Below, one piece after another: positions 55,994-64,000 of a DNA stretch of 64,000 nt; the stretch's first letter is position 1, and each line of letters starts with the position of its first letter. The position numbers were made by a program, and so were the translations under genes. Where the stretch lies: assembly GCA_951406725.2 (NCBI GenBank), contig OX597830.1, forward strand, positions 35,216,001 to 35,280,000, given 5' to 3'. Below the pieces are notes generated by a model. The model had not been told where the DNA came from and did not search any database. It saw only the letters and a list, made by a program, of their open reading frames with translations. This DNA comes from Octopus vulgaris. Taxonomy: Eukaryota.

Positions 55994-56133
55994 GCATATG
56001 TATATATATATATGTATGTATATGTATGTATATATGTATATATATATATATATACACGCACACATACATATATGTACGTACGTATAGGTATGTATGCACA
56101 TATGTATATATGCATATATGCACATATGTATAC

Positions 56134-56164
<31 letters not shown>

Positions 56165-56329
56165 AAGATTACTTTTATGTTAGGTTTTGGCTCATATCTA
56201 ATTTTTTTTATATCTTTGTATATTTTTTATTTCTTTATACATATTTTTTTTTGTCTTTTTGCCATATTTGAAGTGTTTTGCATTATTGTCCATATTACTG
56301 CTAATGTTGTTCTTATTGTAGTTGATGTT

Positions 56330-57630
56330 ATTGTTGATGATGCGGCTATTGTAATGCTTTTTGATACTGATGCTGATAGTAATGGTGGTGGCGGTGGTGG
56401 GTGGTGGTGGCGGCGGTAATGGTTTGTAGTGATGATTGTTATGGTGTCAGTGGTGGTGATGGTAGTGGTAAGGATTAGACTTGTGTCGGTGACGGTGACC
56501 TCGTCGGTCATGATGTTGATGGCATTGGTGATGGTGGCGATGGTGGTGGTGGTGGTGGTGGTGGTGAGGCGGTGTTAGTCTTTATCTCCGTATGGTGCTG
56601 GGAAGACAGTGCTGGTGTCGACGATGGCGGCTATGTTGACGATGGCGGTGGAACGATTGACAATAATCTTCTAGTCACTCAGGTGGTATCGTTGTTGTTG
56701 TTGTTGTTGGAGTCGTCATAGATATTGTTTTTGTGACGGCGGAGGTGGTGGCGATGGTGGTGGTGGTGGTGGTGGTGGTGGTGGCAGTGGCTGTTGTAGT
56801 GTCTAGTGGCCGAAGTGGGGCTGTAGGCGATAGTTTTGGTAGCAGTGAGCGTTGCGGTGGTAGTGGTGGTGGTGGTGGTCGTCGTCGTCGTCGTGGCGCG
56901 GTGGTTGTTGTTGTTGTTTGTGGTGGTGGTAGTGGGGTGGGTGGGGCTTTTAGGTGTAGGTGGTGGTGGTGAAGGTTGTAGTGGTGTAGGCGGTGGTGGT
57001 TGGTGGTGGTGGTGGTGGTGGTGGTGGTGGTTGGTGGTGGTGGTCGGTAGTGGTGATGGTTGTTGTTGGTTGTGGTGGTGGTTGTTGTTGTTGGAGGTGG
57101 TGGTGGTGGTGGTTGATACGATATCGGTGGTATTCATTTGGTGGTGGGGGTTGATGGGGGTGGGTCCTCAATTTGTGCAAGTAAAGATTTTGTTGATGGT
57201 GCATTGTGTAAGGGGCTGCTGATGGAAGGTGGTGATGGTGATGGTGATGGTGGAGTTGGCAATGGCCGAAGTGCGATTGGTCATGGTGGCGGTGATGAGC
57301 TTTGTGGTGCCGCTGTTGTTAGTGATGATGCTAGACGTCACGGTGACGACATTGTTGATGACGATTGCCAGGGTGGAACAGAAGCAGGATGGTGGTGGCG
57401 CTGCTGCTGGCTTATAGTGGCATTCGTCATAAGGGTGATGATTATGACGACGACGACGACGATGATGATGATGACGATGATGAGGAGGAGGAGGAATGCG
57501 ACGATGTGGATGGTGGTGCTGCTGCTGATGATGATTATTGTGGTGGTGGTGGTGGTGGTGATGATGATGATGATGGTGCTGGTGCTGCTGATGCTGCTGC
57601 TGGTGGTGGTGGTGGTGGTAGTGGTAGTGG

Positions 57631-57663
<33 letters not shown>

Positions 57664-57890
57664 CGACGACGATGTTGGCGACCACGACGAGGATTGGTCT
57701 GATGATGCTGATGGTGACGATGATGATCATAGTGACGGTAGTCGTCATAGTTGTCATATTCACCACAGTCGTCGTGGTCAACATCGTCGATGTGGTGGTT
57801 GTGGTGCTGGTTGTGGTGCTGGTGGTGGTGTTGGTGCTGGCGGTGGAGGTTGGTGCTGGCGATGGAGGCGATGGTGGTCGTCGTTGTTTC
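56330..57890. repeat. Compound (GGT)/(GAT)/(GTT) trinucleotide field
   Basis: Directly visible; source of the poly-V/G/W/D pseudo-ORFs. Confidence 0.95.
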
Positions 57891-58081
57891 CCTGTGAATT
57901 ATCGTTCCGGCTATTTCTAGTGTTGTTATTCACATAGCATGACGACCGAGTCATTCGTCATGTTTCGCATAACAATAGAGGTACACATTGAATTGGTGTG
58001 TATGAGTATGTGTTTACATATATACATATATACATATATACATACCTACATACATACATATATATATATATATATAAATAT

Positions 58082-58116
<35 letters not shown>

Positions 58117-58361
58117 AATATATATATATTTATATTTATATATATATATATATATAAATATATTTATATAATAAACATATGTATACATATATACATGCGT
58201 TTCTGTCTATGTATGTATGCATATATGTATATATATATATATATATATACCTATATATATATATATACACATATATATGCATGTAGGTATTTATTTCTAT
58301 GCACAGTACATATAGAGTTAAGTAGAGGAAAGTATAGAATTATAAAGACAAAGATTGCCAA

Positions 58362-58465
<104 letters not shown>

Positions 58466-58964
58466 CGCTGGATATGTGAGAAAGGAAAGAGAGTGTCAAG
58501 CAGACAGGGAGACAGTCTAATAAAAACAGAGTATTTGAGTTTCGGGTATGAAAGTGAAGCATTTATCTAGATATATAGATATCTAAATAAATATATACAC
58601 TTATAAAGAAGATTAACAAAACAAATAAACTGGATATAATATATATGTTAAGATTATAAAAAATATATATATCAAATACAATCTCAAAAATATGAAAATA
58701 TGAAAAACTATTTTAGTCTCTGTTGTGTATAATTTCATAATGTATTGTTGGTGTATATGTTGTTTTTATATTATATGTATACAATTGTATAATATTTATA
58801 TATTTACTTGTTATTTTTTGAAATATTTTTTTTTTTTGCGGTACCATTCATAGTGAGCCAAGGTAACATATATATATGACTTGCGGCGCTCTTTTGCCTA
58901 TGGAAAACCTTCAAACAAATGTCATTATTTGTGATACTGCTGACTATAACGCATATTATATACA

Positions 58965-59034
<70 letters not shown>

Positions 59035-59190
59035 TATATACATGCATGCATGAACACACACTCGCACGCACACCCATACACACACGCACAAACACACACG
59101 TGCACGTATTTCTTTCTTTCTGTATGTCGTATTTAACTTTGTGTCTCTATGTACTTCTGTTTCAGTTTGTTTACATACAATTCTTTGTGC

Positions 59191-59257
<67 letters not shown>

Positions 59258-59843
59258 TGTGAACATTATGTGTATGTGTATGTATGTATAGGGCGATAGA
59301 GAGTGCGTGCATGTGAGATAAAGAGGCATACACATACACAACCGTATATAAAGTATACATGTGAGGTGTCCTTGCATTAGATGTAAGCGTTTATTTTTCG
59401 GCTATTTTCTCTTTATCACCCACTCTCACTTTCTCAATTCAATCTATCTCTCTATCTCACACTTGCTTCTCCGTACTTCTATCTTCCTACCCCTCCTTCT
59501 TACTTATATAACTTCTTAAACGCTGTCTCCATGTATATATATATACACACACTCACACACATATATATATGACACATTCTTTCACCTTTTTCAGGCATTA
59601 CCTTTATTATCCACTCCTTTCCCTTTTATTTGTCTTCCATGGTTATTCATAAATACGTACATACTTATATGCATGCGTGCGTGCAAACACACACACGTAC
59701 TTACACACATACAAACACAAACACATACATATATATATGTGTGTGTGTGTAGCGGTGGTAATGAGAAAAGGGAAGCCGAAACGGCTGGGACAGATTTTAG
59801 CATGCTTGATATTGGATTAACCCATAAATCGAATTGAAAGTGT

Positions 59844-59878
59844 CTTTGACGTTTCGGACGCCAGGCTTCATCAGAAAA
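59844..59878 (-). ncRNA. Minimal hammerhead motif with an intact catalytic core, probably in a Penelope-like relic extending to about 60640
   Basis: Minus strand TTTT CTGATGA AGCCTGGCGTCC GAAAC GTC AAAG; stem II is weak. Confidence 0.55.
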
Positions 59879-62254
59879 AGGAGAGAAAAGAAAGAGTCAG
59901 GCAAAATAGAGAATCAGGTAATGAATTGGGTTAAAAGAAGAAGACACCATTTATAAGACAAATGTGCATCGACAGATGAGAAAATTTGAAGGAGTAAAGA
60001 ATGGGAATTGAAAATTGAAAATAAAGTAAGAGATTATTGATTACCACCACTGGAATAAGTTGCCTTTGACTAATCGAATTCTTGCACGAAGAACTGTAGA
60101 CAAAATGCATTGAAGAAGGATTTTGGTCATCGAAAGTTGTGTCCAAAGGAGGTACCTTGGCAGATAATATTCAATTTTAAAGAGAAATGGCTGGAATCCT
60201 CTGATCTACAGTTAGTGTTTGGAGGCAATGCAAATATTTGTTTTCAGATCTGGCAGGAGATGAAAGATGCGCGTTGATATATGATCCGGAAATATAGCTT
60301 CACTTCGTGCAATGGCGTCACACCTCTTCTCTAAGGCTATGGAATTTACAAGACAGCGATTGGCAAAGACAGTCAAGAAAATTTTCAGCAGAAAGAGACC
60401 GAACAAGAATTTATATACGACTCACATTGATCAAACCAATGTCCTACCACACACATCTTTGCCTTAATATAACAAAAAGCAATCGATAAACTGAACTGGC
60501 TACTGGTCACCCAATTCACAATACAGTTTGAATTTGGGATACAGAACGACTTCCGCCGGTTCGGTTTAATGAAGGACAGTCTTCGAGAACAATGACTTGC
60601 TGACACACACGCGGTAAAAAGGGGTGTGATAAATGAAACAGAAAAGTGAACACCTCTTCCACATTTTCAAATTGGATTTAAGATTTGTGCGCAATAGTGG
60701 CGCAAATGCATCGCTCGTGGTGGATATAATATTGAATAATACGTTTCATGTGAAGGAAGTTTTACTCTACAAACGTGCGCTATCTGGTCAATCTATGGAA
60801 GTTCATAAAAAGTTATGCCACCATTTTCATCACCTCGTATGCATGCAACCTACACACACACACTACACAGCCAAGTATACAAATCTGTATATACGTACAC
60901 ACACACTAACCATAACCCCCACACACAGACTGATATTTGTCTGTGTTTACGTGACATTATTTAGGTTTTTGTACAGATATAATATAAAATATCAATAAAA
61001 ATCAGCATTGTTTTCTGTATCCTGTACGTTTATATCCCATAAATTAGCGCTTCGACAAATAGAATCGACAAAATAAGTACCGGACTTAGACGAGTATCAC
61101 TATCAATATGATTGATACATTGCTATTTTTAAATTCAAATTCGCAATCGTCTTCTCACCCTTATATTCCGTTTTACTATCTCTTTCACCTCTATTTCACG
61201 CTTTCTCTCCCCCTCTCTCTCTTTAGCTTTCTTCTTACTATCTCTCTTATCCTATACATTCATATATTTATTCTCACAGTAGATTCATCCTGCAGCCAAT
61301 GAAATTACTTCCCTGATATAGTAATTTTACTTTTTTTATTTTTCTAACAGTATAATTTAACTTCAAAATAAACTGGATTCGACCTTGTGTTGGCTATATT
61401 GGAAGATCTTTATTTAAAACGCTCATATCACTCAACATATATATACACACTTACTTAAATATATATATACACAAATAAATATATGTGAATATTATATCTA
61501 TATACATATATATATTATTTATTTGCATGGATACTCGTATGACATATATATATATATACTCATATATGTGAAAGCGCGTGTATATTTATACATGTGTATA
61601 TAGATATGTACTTATATGTATTTAAGTAGGTTCATATCTATGAAAATATATATGTGTATGTATAAAGATATTGATACGCACACACACACACACACACGTA
61701 TAAATACATACATATATTTATACACACACACACACATACCTATGTATATATATATATATACGCACATACGCACTCAGAGAAAGGGAATAAACAATCCGTA
61801 TTTGATCATTGATATTTATTTCTTTATTGTAATTATGTTTATCGCTAAAGAATTTTTAGAACCCCGCCCCACATCCCCCCTGTTTCTATTATGGCCACAT
61901 GACAAAAAGCCATGCTCACACTTTGCTTCCAAGGCATTTGTGTTGGACGTTTGAAGGCAGCAAATCTTGCTGAAAATGGGCTTCAGTTTTGCCATACATA
62001 CATACATCAAAACCATTTTTATTTTACTCGTATTCCATTTTCAATGTTATTATGTCGCTCGCTTTATTTCTCTTTTCTGTTCCATTTCTTTCTTTCTTTC
62101 TTTGTTTCTTTCTTTCTTTCGTTTTTCGATTTTTTTTCTTATTACTTTTATTATATATTTGTATTATTTTATTTTATATCTATGTATTTTGCTTATTGCT
62201 ATTATTTTGATATTCAGGCCTTGTATTAATTTATTGATATTATTTATTTTTTTC

Positions 62255-62291
<37 letters not shown>

Positions 62292-62353
62292 TGTGTATGC
62301 ATATACACATTTATGTATATACATATATAGATACACACACACACACATATATA

Positions 62354-62407
<54 letters not shown>

Positions 62408-62891
62408 AATATACATAAATATATATACATATATATATATGTATATATGTATATATACATATATATGTGTGTATCTATGTAAACTTATATTTCAGTGTCT
62501 TGTTTGTTTTCCTTTCTCTCTATTCCTTTCTCGTGTTTTGTTGTTGTTGTTGTTGTTATTGCTGTTATTGTTGCAGTTTTTGTTGTCGCATTTGTTGTTG
62601 TTGTTGTTTTATAGTTTTTATTTCAGTCCATTCAGAAAGCTATAAGGCTGTAGTCTGGGAGTCGGCATATTCCATTCAATAGATATTACCTAATTTCGTA
62701 TTATCACTGCTAGACCGACCACTGTCCGTTAATTTTTGTATATACGTGTCTCTCATTTTTATTTATTCTTTTTCAATCGTAATATCTTTGTCGTTTTTGT
62801 CTTCCTTCTTTTTTTTTTCTAGCAGCAATTACTTTTTTATATGTGTTTTTTTTCTATATACATTTTTTCATATTATTTCTTTATCTACCAC

Positions 62892-62993
<102 letters not shown>

Positions 62994-63260
62994 CTTTAAT
63001 GTTGTTATTAATATTATTTTTATTTTTATTTTATTCATGTCATTCTCTTACTGTTTCCGGTTTGATGCGGTTCTGTGTTCGATTAATGATATTCTTGCTA
63101 TATATCTCTTAAAAAGATCAAAGTTATATAAATCTCCTAGGAATACATGATACAACTCACACACACAATCTCTCTCTCACACTTCTTTCTTCCTCTCTCA
63201 ATGCCACCCTCTCTCACTTTATGCTATTCTTTCTTCTGTAAATGTCCTTCTCACGTTTGG

Positions 63261-63304
<44 letters not shown>

Positions 63305-63426
63305 CCAAATATACATATATGTACATATGTATCTACACACATATATGCATATGTGTATACATATGATTATGTGTGTATATGCTGAGAGAAAGCGATAGAT
63401 TGATGGATATATAAATATAATGCAAC

Positions 63427-63457
<31 letters not shown>

Positions 63458-63887
63458 TATACGAATGTAAATATATGTATATACATATGTACATTCGCAC
63501 ATATGTAATGAGAAAGAGATAGAGAGATGAGTATATAGATATATACAGATATGTATGCATTCGGACATACATATATATGTATATACATACGTATATTTAT
63601 ATATGTACTCGCAAAGATAGGTATAACTATATATACGTATGATAGATTACATACATGTTGCATCTAGCTTTATATATGCATATATATATATATATGCGTG
63701 TATACATATGTGTACATATGTAATATGTATATATGTGCCTGTGCGTATTTTTGTATGTTTAGTTCATATATATATATGTATATATATGTATGTATATATA
63801 TAAATATGTATATATATACATATATATATATGTATATATATATATATGTTACATATATATACATATAAATATATATGTATATATGTA

Positions 63888-63942
<55 letters not shown>

Positions 63943-64000
63943 TATATGTATATCCGCTCTTACTATATATTTTATTTTTCTGTAAGTGGAAAAGAATTAG

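Noticed and set aside
56679-57937. 260-aa and 190-aa Gly/Val/Asp-rich ORFs resembling structural proteins
   Set aside because: Compound GGT/GAT repeats that lack stops by composition; overlapping ORFs on both strands
59900-60998. Short ORFs as a host gene
   Set aside because: No recognisable domain; adjacent to a hammerhead, so more likely a decayed Penelope-like region

Overview
AT-rich, microsatellite-saturated eukaryotic DNA with no recognisable host gene or exon. The SINE families and the (TA)n/(TAA)n/(TAGA)n density suggest a coleoid cephalopod, probably Octopus (inference, not verified). Almost all ORFs in the track are microsatellite artefacts. The real content is transposon-derived. 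There are four R4/Dong-like RLE non-LTR retrotransposon copies, all on the minus strand: one has an intact 5'-truncated RT-CCHC-RLE frame, three abut (TAA)n tracts, and one shows a twin-priming-type 5' inversion. A very young Penelope-like GIY-YIG insertion has near-perfect 322-bp inverted arms carrying a variant hammerhead, and several other hammerhead remnants occur. Also present are an RT-deleted L1/Tx1-like element, Tc1/mariner relics, MITEs, a Helitron and many tRNA-derived SINEs. The structures these do not explain are a GC-rich array of palindromic TTC-N3-GAA (STAT/GAS-like) units with variable spacers at about 29.85-30.72 kb, a head-to-head tRNA-like hairpin at 41119-41247, a degenerate 17-bp array at about 52.4-53.2 kb and an inverted triplication built on (TA)n.
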